Below, one piece after another: positions 1 through 12,040 of a stretch of DNA of 64,000 nt. The stretch is from Takakia lepidozioides (lineage: Eukaryota > Plantae > Bryophyta): assembly GCA_030704615.1 (NCBI GenBank), contig CM060734.1:17050001-17114000 (forward strand), read 5' to 3'. The notes under the pieces are model-generated. The model worked only from the letters and a program-made list of their open reading frames with translations, did not search any database and was not told the DNA's origin. Position numbers and translations under genes: made by a program. Positions within the stretch are counted from its first letter, which is position 1. Each line of letters starts with the position of its first letter.

Positions 1-5
1 TTGCA

Positions 6-28
6 GAGAGAGAGAGAGAGAGAGAGAG
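6..28. repeat. (AG)n microsatellite
   Basis: agagag... run at the window start. Confidence 0.95.
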
Positions 29-139
29 AATGCAAGAGGATAGTGCTTTATATACTTTTGTCTTGCGGCCGTATATCGTGTGTGGAATTCAACAATGTGA
101 TTTAATCAATACTTCAAAAGAATTTTTGTTCAACACCAG

Positions 140-3100
140 GAAGCTGCTCTGGAGGGGTTGCAACTAGCCAAAGCGTATGCACCCGATGCAGAAGCAAAGT
201 GGAGGCCTGAGGGTTTAGAGGCCATATTCCAGGACAAGACAATCCATGCAGTTGCTGTGGTTCTGCCAGCTCAAGCCCAGGTAGGCTCCTCTCCCACATG
301 AAGGGTGAAGACCAGATCCCTAATCTGGACGTGTCCTTGCACTGTGAATTTAGTCTTGGAATGGATATAATTCACTCTCGAAAGTAGCAGGAGGTATACA
401 ACGATGGCCAGTCTTCTCTGAATCAGTGTCATGTGTATGTGACCAATTACACACCTGGGTTCTTCTCTGTGCAGCTGGATGTTGTGCTGCAAGCGCTCCA
501 AGCAGGGAAGCATGTAATACAAGGTGAGGGCATTGCAGATGGGGGGACAAAGGCATAGATGTCAGGGAACACAGCAATTCATTCAATGTTGGATAATGTG
601 GGATTTCTCAATGTCAGATTACAGCTTGTGGAACTCAATACATTTATATTTTCACTCTCAGAAAATGGAATGTTGACCTATAGGAGAGTAGGTGCAGAGG
701 TATTAGCATATGGGGTGAATGTTGAGACAGAACTGTATGTTGGTATCTGCTGTAGTATGGAAATTCTGCCAAGCATGGTTGTGAACCCAACGTTTGACAT
801 TCCTTTATGGTGGCTATCCACACATCGTATGCGTGCTACAGTGTATTGGGCTAATTTAAACTGGTCTATCTGCATGGCTGTGGGCGGGAGTGAAGAGAAG
901 CCTGTGGGTCCAAGTAAGTCTCAACACCCTGTCTTGTTGTTGCTAAAGCTGTAACTGAGTTGATCAAGGTCACTTCACAAAGCGTCGACGCTGTGTAAGC
1001 TTATCATGTTGGCGACCTTTCCTCTTCTGCTTTGGTGGATGCCTTACCCCTCCTGGGCTCAGTTATACCTCCGCTTGTACATCTCTCTGCGCTTTTTCTC
1101 AGTTGTTGATGCCTTGCTATTCATACTACTCTGCCATTTTCCAGTTTTTTTCCCCTTCATGTGTCCTACTTACAGCTTCCATGCATGCAGCTGTTGAGGT
1201 TCTAACGCCTGGTCAGCATATCTGACCCTTTTTCCAGTTCTTGTCCCTTCATGCTTCGTACTGCTCCATCCGTGCAGCTGTTGAGGAAGTGCGAAAGACC
1301 TGGTCAGCATATCAAGCCCGTGCTGCGGATGGTGGCAAACTCCCAATTTGGGCAGTTGTGGAGAACTACCGTTTTGAGCCTGCACTGATAGAGGTGGTAA
1401 ACTCTATCTGCTACCTAATGTGGTTTTCAAACACATCTTTTGGATCTATCAACACTAAGTTGTGTCCGGAAAATCCATCCATGAAGGAATGATAAAGACT
1501 CTTTGTTCCAAAAGTTGTGTTGCGTATGGTGTGGAATAGTGATGCATGGAATGGTTAGCTAGAGTTTTCAACAAGTAGTCTAAACCAATATTGTTGCATA
1601 TTTCCTCACTGCCACCAGCTGACCGATATAAATTTAGAATCCACCTAACACTGCCTTTGGATCAACCAGACCTATGTGACAGTATTGTGGTTTGGCATTT
1701 CATGTGCAGACTTCAGGAGCTCTCTTTATGTCGGTCTTTGTCCACTCTCCGCACAGCTGGCTTCCAACATTTTTTGGTTTGAACACTCCCTCAGTGATGT
1801 TGGCGATCGAAGTTGGGAATTACCCGGTTGGTACTAATCATGGGTCCTGTGGGAAGCAGGCAGCAAAGCTGGTGAAGGATGTCGGAAAAATGACTGCATT
1901 TCAGGTGACAGTCAATGGTCCTATGAACAGGTCCGACCCTTACTTCTCGAGCACCAGGCGCCGTGATCCTGGTTTTAAGGTAGTACTCACATGTATGAAC
2001 TGATTTACCTTATGATTTGTAATAGCCTTGCATTCCATAAACAGCGCTGATGTTTCTGTGCATAAGACCATCTTTTGAGGGCTTTCGTGTGGATTCATTT
2101 TGGATGGTGGAGTACATTTCGTTGCAGGGGTACGCCTGGTACTGTATTTACTGTCATTATGATTTGTTTCTGTGCATTTAAATGGCTACATACAACACAA
2201 TTTATTAATTTGGCATATCTAATCAGACAGGTTTCTTGATAGCCTGAGCATGACCAAGTTGTCAACAGCTGGATTTAAAGCCCAGCTAATTTATGATAAC
2301 GAACCCATGTTATGGCGCTTCAGTCAATTTTTCTCACCTTCTCCAATAGGAACTGGAAATAAGGAGAGAACGGTGGAGGCCCAAAGGGGCCTTTCGGGAT
2401 GGACATTTTAGCTTAGTTTTTTGGGTCTATATCCAATAACAGGAAGCCTATGCCTTTGAGAGCAGCAAAAACTTGTCCAGTATCTACAAGTTGAGACCTG
2501 GGCATGAGGTCAGGGATATTTCTTCTAGAGCCCCTGTGCAACCTTGGTTGGTCTTGGAGAGGATAAAACACTTTAGAATTTTAAGGGCTGTTTTGTTGTG
2601 GGTGTTTCGCTTGACAGATTGTGGGGTGTGAGGTTGCTTCAGTGTCAGCCACTGCCACACATGTTGATCCAACCTTGCCACCCCCTGACAATGTGTCAGC
2701 ACTTCTGTAAGTAATAAAACTTGGGTTTTCCTCTTCTCCAATTACTCATCACAAGTGAGGATGTTGAACATTTCCTGGTTTGGGCCCAGTTTTTACCCAA
2801 ATGTTTATATGCAATGACTAAGTGAGACTTTTAATGATCCCCAGTCCTATCTAGCAGTGCTTACATCTAACCCTTTGCATGCTGCTTGCCGCCATAGGGC
2901 TAAGGCATCATTACTGGAAGGGTGCATTAATGTCGTGGAATGATCAGCTACAAACAACGGAACAATCAGAAGATAGGTGCAACTAGAAATACTCATTAGG
3001 ACTGTCTTTCAAGAGAAGATAGATGACCGGTGGAATTCTTTTTGGTAAAGTGCTTTATGTGTTCTGGATGTCAATTGGCCAGTCAGTTGTCGAATGGATG

Positions 3101-5485
3101 TGAAGGGCAGCTAGATGTTTCTTTCTCATCAACCTCACGCAAGGTTGCCTCCAACCCTTATGTCACTTTTTTGGAAAAGCATAGGTGAGCATGTATCTGC
3201 CAGACCAGATGTTGTTGCTCACTAACAATTGCACGTAACGCTGACTATGACATAAAATTGATCTCATTGTTCTACTGGGATACTCTGAAAACACCCGCAA
3301 GGCCTTGTCATGTATTGAAATCCACTAGGGTAAGATAATTCTGCCCAACCCATAGCACTGGTGGATATAATCCTATCATATGGACTCAAGCTGTAATTTA
3401 AGAACTGGTTGACTCATATAGTAGTGCATGATGTAAATATCAGCATCACCATTATAGCCTCTCCCTCGCAAGATGTGATACATATTGCTCGGGAATTGCA
3501 GAGCAGCAAAGAGAAGATACGTATTAGAGTATGGGTTGTAGCTTTGTGGCCATGTATCCTGTGCCCAGTTTGGACAGGGACAATATAGGGTGAAACCCCG
3601 ACATCTGTTTTGGGTTTATGTCTCCCCTCTCCTTTCTGGCTAAAATCTTCTTGTCCTCTGCCCTTCTTCTTACCCACTTCCTTCTCAATCCGAATTGTAT
3701 GTGGGGTCTATTGAAAGCAAAGTTCGCTGTTTATGGGTGTCCAGCCATGTCTATGTATTTTGCATCTCTCTTTCTGACATCCAGGAAGAATATTTCTCAG
3801 TCCCAAAAGAAAATTTGATGTGCAGATGAGCTGGCAGGTGGTGGGCTCCTCGGGCACAATGGAGGCTGAACACTGTATACAGGATGGGAAACATGGCTAC
3901 AAAGTATGGCCCTTGCTTACCCCTTCTCCTTTGGTCAAGGTCGGGTAGTGTAGGGGTACCAAAGAAGTGAAGATATGACCTTCTTTCAAGGTGTCCACAC
4001 TATGTGAGTTCTTTGAATGTCCACATGGTATCTGTTTCCAGTGAGTCAATGTTTCTTGCAGATAGAATGTACTCATAAGACGCTGTTTGCCGTAGCCTTG
4101 TGGCCATTGACCGGGCGCCCAGTTTGAGCGGAACACAAAGGGACAGAACCTACCTTTGTCAGGGGCTGACGCCGGTAGTAAGACTTACCTTGGAGTAAAC
4201 AATTGATCCGGGTTTTCCAGATATCCTCTAGAAATCCCTTTACACAAGCGTCAACCTGCTGTGTGTGGTTTGCCCAATAACTAGGCACTAAAAGGGCCTG
4301 GGCTTTTGGCTCAGCCTCGAGACTTTCAAAGTTAGTAAACAGAGGTACAATTCCCTTGATAGATTTGAAGAGAGCGTCTCTCTGGTGAGAGAACCCCGGA
4401 CAATGAATCAGAAAATGAATATTGTCTTCAGGTTGCCCGCACAACGGGCAATTGCACTCTCCCTTTCCTCTCTGCTTCTGTTTGCTGTTCAAAGGTAGGC
4501 TTCCCGCCCCGAGTTTAAATTTCAGTCTAGTGCCGAGAGTGGGTAGACCCTTGAGGTCATCCATGATGGCCCACCCCATGTCACAGACTGGAACTAAGTT
4601 CAGGGAAGTTTCTGCCTAACTTCATTCTTGCAGATAGAGCCCATCTTTTGAGGTTGGGATGTGTTCTAAAGCTCTCATGGGAGAAGGCAGTAAAAGTCTT
4701 TCGAATGACGGTAAGTTTTTGGCTCTTGAATTGCAGGCTGTCTTCCACCCTGCGAGTGGGAGCCCGTCCGAATTTTTTGGGCCCTTCTCAGGTGTGCAAG
4801 AGGAGCTCCAAGCCTTTGTACTGGATGTGGCAGACTCTGTGTTTGAGGTGATCCCAAACCACCTCTCCATCCCCTCCTGTCCTCTCCATCTCTCTTTCGT
4901 ACTGGCAGTCCAGCTACATTTGTCACATTTGTTACAAGTACAGGACTAGAGGAACATGCTGGAAAATTAACATCACTGAACATTGAACCACTAAGCTGAC
5001 TTAGTGATTTAGAATCTGATTTCAATAGCACTCTTGCTGTACAAATACATGAACAATTGTGAAGAAAACATTGTCTTACAGTGGCAATTCTGTAAAGGCT
5101 AGTATTTGCCAGAATGCATCCTCTTTAATGTGGGCATGTACACTGGCACTGATGTATGCCCATAGCTGAAGGAGCTTGTAACATCTTTTCTCATTAATTG
5201 ATGAAGCTCAGTGCACTCTGCCAACTGTGTGTTTGGGGGAGAGTCTTCTAACCTCCTATGCCCTGAATGGCGATGTTTGCTCAGGAAATGCCTATTGGTG
5301 AAGCAGATAAACGGAGCTCAGTATTGGAAGCCTTGCACGATGTGGCTGTTGTAGAGGCCATGCTGCAGTCTAGTGATAACAAAGGCATCCACACTGTTGT
5401 ACAAGTCGGACTCAGTGTGCAGCAGCTTCAAAGGTGTTTATCAGAGGTGATATTGGGAACTAGTTCCTGTCTGGTTTTAAATTAG
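140..5485 (+). CDS. Gfo/Idh/MocA-family NAD(P)-dependent oxidoreductase (At3g20790-like), 5' exons outside window
   Basis: Manually spliced exons: 140-280, 475-523, 896-913, 1278-1393, 1860-1979, ~2088-2138, 2618-2706, 3083-3143, 3826-3903, 4737-4847, 5285-5485. They give ...AGKHVIQEKPVG...PIWAVVENYRFEPA...GFILDGGVHFVAGVRL...THVDPTLPPPDN...QLSNGC...PFSGVQEELQAF...ALHDVAVVEAMLQS. Phases are consistent and sites are GT-AG except the acceptor at ~2087. Confidence 0.88.
4067..4624 (-). mobile_element. 5'-truncated non-LTR retrotransposon (ORF2 C-terminal CCHC zinc knuckle) in an intron
   Basis: ORF 4073-4579 reads KFKLGAGSLPLN...CPLCGQPEDNIHFLIHC. Exact 14-bp direct repeat TTCTTGCAGATAGA at 4053-4066 and 4625-4638 (TSD). 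Confidence 0.85.
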
Positions 5486-6054
5486 TCATCTCTCTTGCTG
5501 TCAAGATTAGGTCAAGCTTCAGATTCTATTCAATCTTTTAACAGATATGAGTTTGAGGCAGAGATGTTCTCTGGTGTATCTTACTCCAAACGAAGTTTTT
5601 CCAAGTTTTCTGATGCAAAATCTGACCAGTACATTTGCAATAATACTTGAACCAGCTTTTTTGCCCTCCCAAGGAAACCTGAGAACACTGTTCAGGTTTA
5701 CTGCACACGATTAGACCTTTCTTTTGGGGTCAGAATATTGATTCTTGATGAAATTTTAGTGCTCACTCTTACTTGCTTGCGCAAGCTTATCAGTTTGTCT
5801 TTGTCTGGATCTCATCGCTGACATCTCAGATCTTATCATGCTCATCGCTGATATCTCTTAAGAGTAGGAAAGATGGCAGATAGCATTGACAGTTTGCTCT
5901 CATAGCCCTTTTCTTCCTGATCGGCAGTGTCATCATATACAACAGGGTTAGTGTTAACCACTGTCAGTATTTACAGTAAAATCATATTGAAAGCTGTGTA
6001 CATGGATAGGATTGTGCTCAGGTGTATATGCTCGGATACATAGGGATTGCATTT

Positions 6055-7314
6055 TCAAGTTTTCAGAGATTTGTACGGTCTTGATGCACCAGAGTTGGCC
6101 TTCTCCTTCTCTTGTTCAGTGTGCAAAAGGGGTTCATTCTTCAATTGTAACTGGGAAGATTCAGATGAGGCTTTTCTTACCAGTGTAAGTTCTAGAGTAG
6201 TAAGGGAATATCTCACCGCCGGGAGTCTTACCAGCAGGAAGGGTGAGATGTTACCATTATCTTCATTAGCGCAAGAGGGTATCATCCTTGTGGGGGTTCC
6301 TATTGAGAATGGTAAATCTTCATCTATGCATGATGCTTCTTGCGAGGTACTGTTGCACCAGTGGGCAAAGTTTCAGTTGGTAGTGCATATCAGGTTTGCA
6401 GCGTGTTTCGCACAGTATGTCAAATATTCCTGGGTAGCATGGTTTACAGACCATTTTTCTCCCCTGCACCAAAAACATACTGTTGCTGCCATTTTGTCCT
6501 GCATGGACAGTTCATGCTTAATATGTTCAGCCTTACATCTATAGATGCGCTCAATTTCCTGTGCGAGTGAAGATTGTAGAAGCTTATACTCACCTTTCCG
6601 AAGATTAATCTCAACCCAATCATACGATGCAGCTTGCATAGGGATGCGTATAGCATAAACATGAATGTCCGCGTAGTGATCGCTCTCCCGCTTGGTGACT
6701 CGGTCTTAGTGCATATAACTTTTTGGGACATATAAGGCTGTAGGTATTACCATGATAGCTTGAAATCTGTGGTCCTGCTGTATCAGCTGTGAGGCAGCAA
6801 ATTTCAACCATTTGCAGTTGCTTACAAGCCTGTATCCTTCCCCAAAAGTGTTGAAATTGCCATCTGGGTACAGTACAATTTTAAGAGGAAGCATGACGGC
6901 GTTCAAGCAAGCAGCTTCTGCGTTTCGCATGTTGTTTAGATGCTTTCACCAACATGTACCCTCCATTTTTCACCCTGGAAGAGCTTCAGCATGTACCAGT
7001 TTCGACAGCACATACAAACTTTTACAAGCTTCGTTTGCTCCTCTGCCCTCCATGTGGATCTGCTAATATGCTTCCATCAATCCGTCCACCCCTACCTTTC
7101 GCTCAAGTACAAAGCATGACAAGGATACTGATGCTGTCAACCCTGAGGAACTAGGTAGTGTTAGGGCTTTGCGCGTATGGGAGTATTGAGCTTCAGTGTA
7201 ACATCCAACATCCTTCATTGTTGTGCCTGCAATCAAGTATACCCGCCTAAGATTATGGCTGGGAAATGCAAACTCAGATCTGTCCAACGTGTCACTCTCA
7301 CAAATCACTCCCAC
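6055..7314 (-). pseudogene. Decayed intronless ~420-codon reading frame of unknown family
   Basis: ORFs 7063-7314, 6706-6930, 6373-6639 and 6055-6285 share one frame, broken by only 5 stops (7063, 6970, 6946, 6706, 6373) and no frameshift. Confidence 0.5.
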
Positions 7315-8772
7315 ATTGAAAAATTGTCAACATTGAACAATAGATCAACGTGCACATGCTCACAACCTCCCCCAAATCGATATTTAGGTTGCATTCCAAC
7401 CAGGGACATCGACCTGGAACTAACAGACGGTGGACACAGAAATAAGTAACAGAAGTAGGAAGTGAGGGGTACAATCCAGACCCTCGTTTGCTGAAATGAT
7501 AACATCTTGAAGGAGTTGTCCACGGACTACACAAGAAATTGGACGGGTACGAGGCTGAGAAGAAAGGACGGTGGAGTATGCTGCATGGCGAGACTCAGTG
7601 GAACCTGTCAACTCTGCGGGCTTGAAAGAACGGACTCACGAATAATAGGTGGGTGTAACAGGAAGAAAAAGAAAAAGAAAAGTTCTGGAAGGACAACGCA
7701 AAAAGGCTTCGAAGTACAAATATCTTTGAGTTGGAGAAAAGAGGCGAAGAGTAGACAGGACGAGGAAAACCTTGGAACTAAGGGCCCATAACTCGAAACA
7801 GAAACTAGCTACGCAGCATGGATTGTGTTGGGCTCCGACATTGTGCACAGAAGCTCTCAAAAGCATGACGCACAAGCGAACTAGAAAAGCAGACACTGTG
7901 GAATGAATGGGAATAAACGGCAAACATCCCTGAAATTCTGTGGTCAGTCGCTGTTCTCTAAATAGATGACACAATCTGCAAGATTACAAGACAAATTCCA
8001 ACAGCACTTTCGGCACGCAATCTTGCTGATGAGCATGAATGGTGCTCAACATGTATATAGTTCTCAATGTTCAAAAGATACGACCAAACCTAAGATTGAA
8101 TCATTGACCCCGACAGTCCCTATACAACGACTTACCTCGGATGATACATCTCTCACCTCATAATCAAATGATCTCGACAGTCTCCCTAAAGTGTACTGAA
8201 CCCAGACAAATTTTTTGAACATATACAAAGATCCGCCGTGTGTAGGGTCCCCTCAAGAGGGATATTACAATCTAAAGTCTATTTCAGAACCCCTCCGAAG
8301 CTGAAAAGAAATAATTACAGGTCCAGCTAGGCCAAGTCTGATACATGAATGCTAGCCAGAGGACGCTATTATAGATACATTCGGGTCATGTTGCGGTCAA
8401 AAACATCTATTGCCTGCTTCGATGTACTCTGACAGTACAGATCTAGTGAGAAATCAGCCGATCTCAATGCCGATGATCCACCCACCAGCGAGGAGGAAAA
8501 GCTCCCTCCACTACCAGGCCGTGTTTTCGAAGCTTGCCCCCTGCAAAACATATGGACAGCACAATCAAAAAACTGACTACAAATTTCATGTCTTCAAGCG
8601 AATTACGACGAGGCACAAACCCTACTGCACAAGATGTGCTACACTTTACGGTTAAAACAGTACGTCGACAAACGTATAATCGAGTGACACTACCAGCCAT
8701 TATTTAACTGCATGAACTTCCGAAGCGAAAGACTATCCAGGATAGGTGAGACCAATCAAGAGCCTGAGGAGC

Positions 8773-9270
8773 TTACTCTTGAGTTGTAAGGTTGGCATCC
8801 ATCTCCGTTGCCTGGGCACTGATAACCATCCGGTTGAGCCTGCTGGTGCGCGGGGGACTTCTAGCTCCTGCAGGAGGAAGAGGAGGTGGGAATGAACTAC
8901 GCTTCACGATCTTTTCCCTGATCACAGGTTTAAAAGTTTCGGGCACAGGTACAGTTGAGGACCTCGCTGCATTTGAGGTGGAAGGCAAACGGGTTCCGCC
9001 AGCCTGCTCCTGCGCACGATGCAGACGGCATCGGAAAGAGCCCGGGTGTTTACTAGGCGAGCAAAGACACGTCATCTTGGGTGACGAAGCCGAAGACAGT
9101 ACGGATTTCTTTGCTACAATGGTTGCGGATGGAAGCACATTATCAGGAGAAGAGAAAGCCTTCCCCCTAGCTACAGTGTCGTTCTGCTGAGAAGCCAGCG
9201 ATTCCTTCTTTCCGGAATTGGAAGAGACGCGGGGCTTCAAAACAGCCTTGAGGAGGTTCGAAGCATGCAT
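8773..9270 (-). CDS. Plant serine-rich protein (165 aa) with CLCSPSKHPGSFRCRLHR motif
   Basis: Conserved plant motif CxCSPTxHPGSFRCxLH. ATG at 9270 follows a pyrimidine-rich acceptor (ttttccag), implying a 5'-UTR intron. Confidence 0.85.
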   Translation of the reverse strand: MHASNLLKAVLKPRVSSNSGKKESLASQQNDTVARGKAFSSPDNVLPSATIVAKKSVLSSASSPKMTCLCSPSKHPGSFRCRLHRAQEQAGGTRLPSTSNAARSSTVPVPETFKPVIREKIVKRSSFPPPLPPAGARSPPRTSRLNRMVISAQATEMDANLTTQE

Positions 9271-10329
9271 GATGTCAGTCCAAGGTCCTGGAAAAAGCAG
9301 AGACGCACACAATGCACTCAGTTAAGAGAACAAACAAAACATGAGAAGTCACAGAGTTTCACTGGAAATGCACATCGCCAACAGGCCGAAGAGAGGAGAT
9401 CAGTGCAGGAGAACTTCGAAACACAGAAAACAGAGAAGACAAGGGCAGTCTCTTGAATCGATGTCAAGTACAGATCACTACACACATATCCACGGTACCA
9501 AAAGGCACGAAAAAACTGAGAACGATCAAATCGAACAAACAAACGCACAGGCCACGGAGTACGAAAGTACCAGGTGCAAACACAATCACGTTCAGAACAC
9601 GGCTCGCCGAGAGACAGTAGACGGAAAAGAGGGAGATCAGTCACAAGGAACATAAGGTAAAGAACCGAATAAGAATCTGGCTGAAATGGCTCGTGGCAAG
9701 CAAAACACCAAGAGATCAAGCCTATAACAATCTTCCAAATTCACCAACACTTATCGGTCAAGAAAGAGCGAAGACAGAAGGGTAGGCAAGGCAGGAATGT
9801 GGAGCGCTGATAACTGTCGCTGCGTGCGACAGGGGAAAGAAGGAGGAGAATCGAGCGCAGGAAAACCAAAACGATCTGCAAACCCTCAGCCCCGGTCTTT
9901 ATGCGCAGGGTCGTGCGCAACTTTCCCACGCACCGGGCCGGCAGGTCACCTTGCCGGTAACTCCCGTGGCCGGTCCGCGTACGCGTCCGGCAGGCCCCCC
10001 TCGGAATGTTCCTGAATGTTTTATTAGTCTTCTCGTTTGCGTAGTCTTTGACCTTCAAACCAGCGCAACGACTCAGGAGGTCTCAAGTTCCATTCCAGAT
10101 CAAGGATTTTATTGAGAGGATTGTATACTTTGGTCCGTCCACGTTTTTTCTTTGAAAATTGCGATCCCGCCAAGGCGTGCAAGATAGGGAAATGGGTCCC
10201 GAGCATCACAATGTATGAAAGAAAACTCTGTTTCAATTACACCACGTGGAAGGGGAGGGATCCGCCTACATCAATATCTTATGCATATGGTGGCAAAAGG
10301 TATGGGGAAAAATGGGATCTCTTGAGGTC

Positions 10330-11745
10330 ATTACCTCTACTTATATTAATTTATTATATCATGGTTTGCAATTTTTTTTGGGGCATGCCTGTGTAGAGCC
10401 CCCTAGGTACTAGTAAGTATAAATAGTAAGATGCAGGGGAAGAGAGCCTGGCTCTCTTTATATACCCTAGGGCGGCGGTGGGACCTTCTAGAAGGCAGCC
10501 CTAACACACGTCACTCCTAGAAACCACCACGCCTGCTTACCCCAATCTAACCATGAACCATCCCCTATTTAATAGGTCTTCCCTTCCTGCCTTTTTTTTC
10601 CGCCCCGCCTTACATGACAGTTATTAATTGAACTCCTGCTGTAGCTTACTATAACTCCTGCTTCATAATTCCTGGACCACTCTCTAATCCCCACACCCCC
10701 TTTCAAACATGGCCCCTTTATTCACTCCGTGACGCTCGCCGGCCTCCGTTTTGTGAAAGGTTAGAAATATGATTGCCGTGCTTCTCCCAGGAAGGAACCA
10801 CAGTGGAAGCTTGTACACTGCAAAGGACTCTATATCTTATTTTCCATAGTGCATAATTTTCTTAGGTCATCTACTACTATTTTTCGGGATATTCTAGGTG
10901 TGAATAGCCAATTTATCTGGGATATTTTTGTTCTGGGGTCAAATATGGCTTACTCGTCTTTGTGGAATTTGTTAGCAGGGGACATGCCGACTTAGCAGAT
11001 CCCTGACACTCGTTTGTGAAGGGTTAGAAATAAGGGGCCCAGGTTTGAAAGGGGGTGTGGGGATTAGAGAGTGGTCCAGGAATTAACTACGGCCCACAGA
11101 GAATGGGAAAAGGCTGTATCAAGGCTAAGAAGAGGGCTTGAAGAGGGCCCGAAAACTGCGCACCCGTGCTAGGGACATTAATACATGGATGGTGTGGCAG
11201 TGGGACCCAACAGCCGTACGCTTGGAGAAGTGTACGTGGCGGAGGCAATCTTCTAAGAAGGGTCCCTGCTAAGGGCTCGGCGGGCTTCTAGAAGGTCCCA
11301 CCGCCCAGTGAGGGTATATAAACAGAATGGGGCTCTCTTCCCCTCTCACTTACAACTTACTCACTTACTAGTTACTAGTACCTATGGGGCTCTCTTCCCC
11401 TCTCACTCACTACTTATTCACTTACTAGTTACTAGTACCTAGGGGGCTCTGCACATGTAGGGCCCCAAAAAAACACAAACCATGACATAATAAATTAATA
11501 GAAGTAGAGCAAAGATGAATAAGGGGTCAATGTGGTTGCCAGGGGATGCTCCCTCGAGCGAGCAATAGTGGAAGCTCACACCGCAATGGACTCTAAGTTT
11601 AATGTATCTTATTTTCCGTAGTTCTGCATAAATATTTATAAAATAGGGCAATCTAGTATTTCTAGGGAATGATATTTTAGTGGTGAATACGTAGCCAATT
11701 ATCCGGGACATTTTTGTTCCGGTTAAATATGGCTTACTCATTATT
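10330..11745. repeat. Cluster of LTR-like/MITE-like repeat fragments in inverted and direct orientation
   Basis: ~10330-10500 is the reverse complement of ~11285-11510. ~10665-10722 is inverted at ~11025-11085. ~10800-10955 recurs directly at ~11565-11740. The CTTCTAGAAGG...GGGTATATAA...CT-rich motif recurs at ~14300-14420. Confidence 0.7.
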
Positions 11746-12040
11746 TCTTGTCATTGCTGGCATCATTTGCCCAGCTTCCCACTCTTCCAAGTAGCTGAGC
11801 AAGCAACTACACTTTTCTAAGGCTGTTTGCGAATGGGAAGCATCCCATACTGCTTCCGCCGTTCCAAAGTATGTGCAGGTTTCTCATGATCAGTCTGCCA
11901 ACATTGACTATCCCCTCCAAGCAAATAAACAAATAAAGAACCCACCCACTTGTATTTGAACAGGAAACCATTCAATTTCAAATTCGTGGGAATTGCACCA
12001 TAATTTACGCTCCCTTGGGGGGAGACGAATATATATATAT

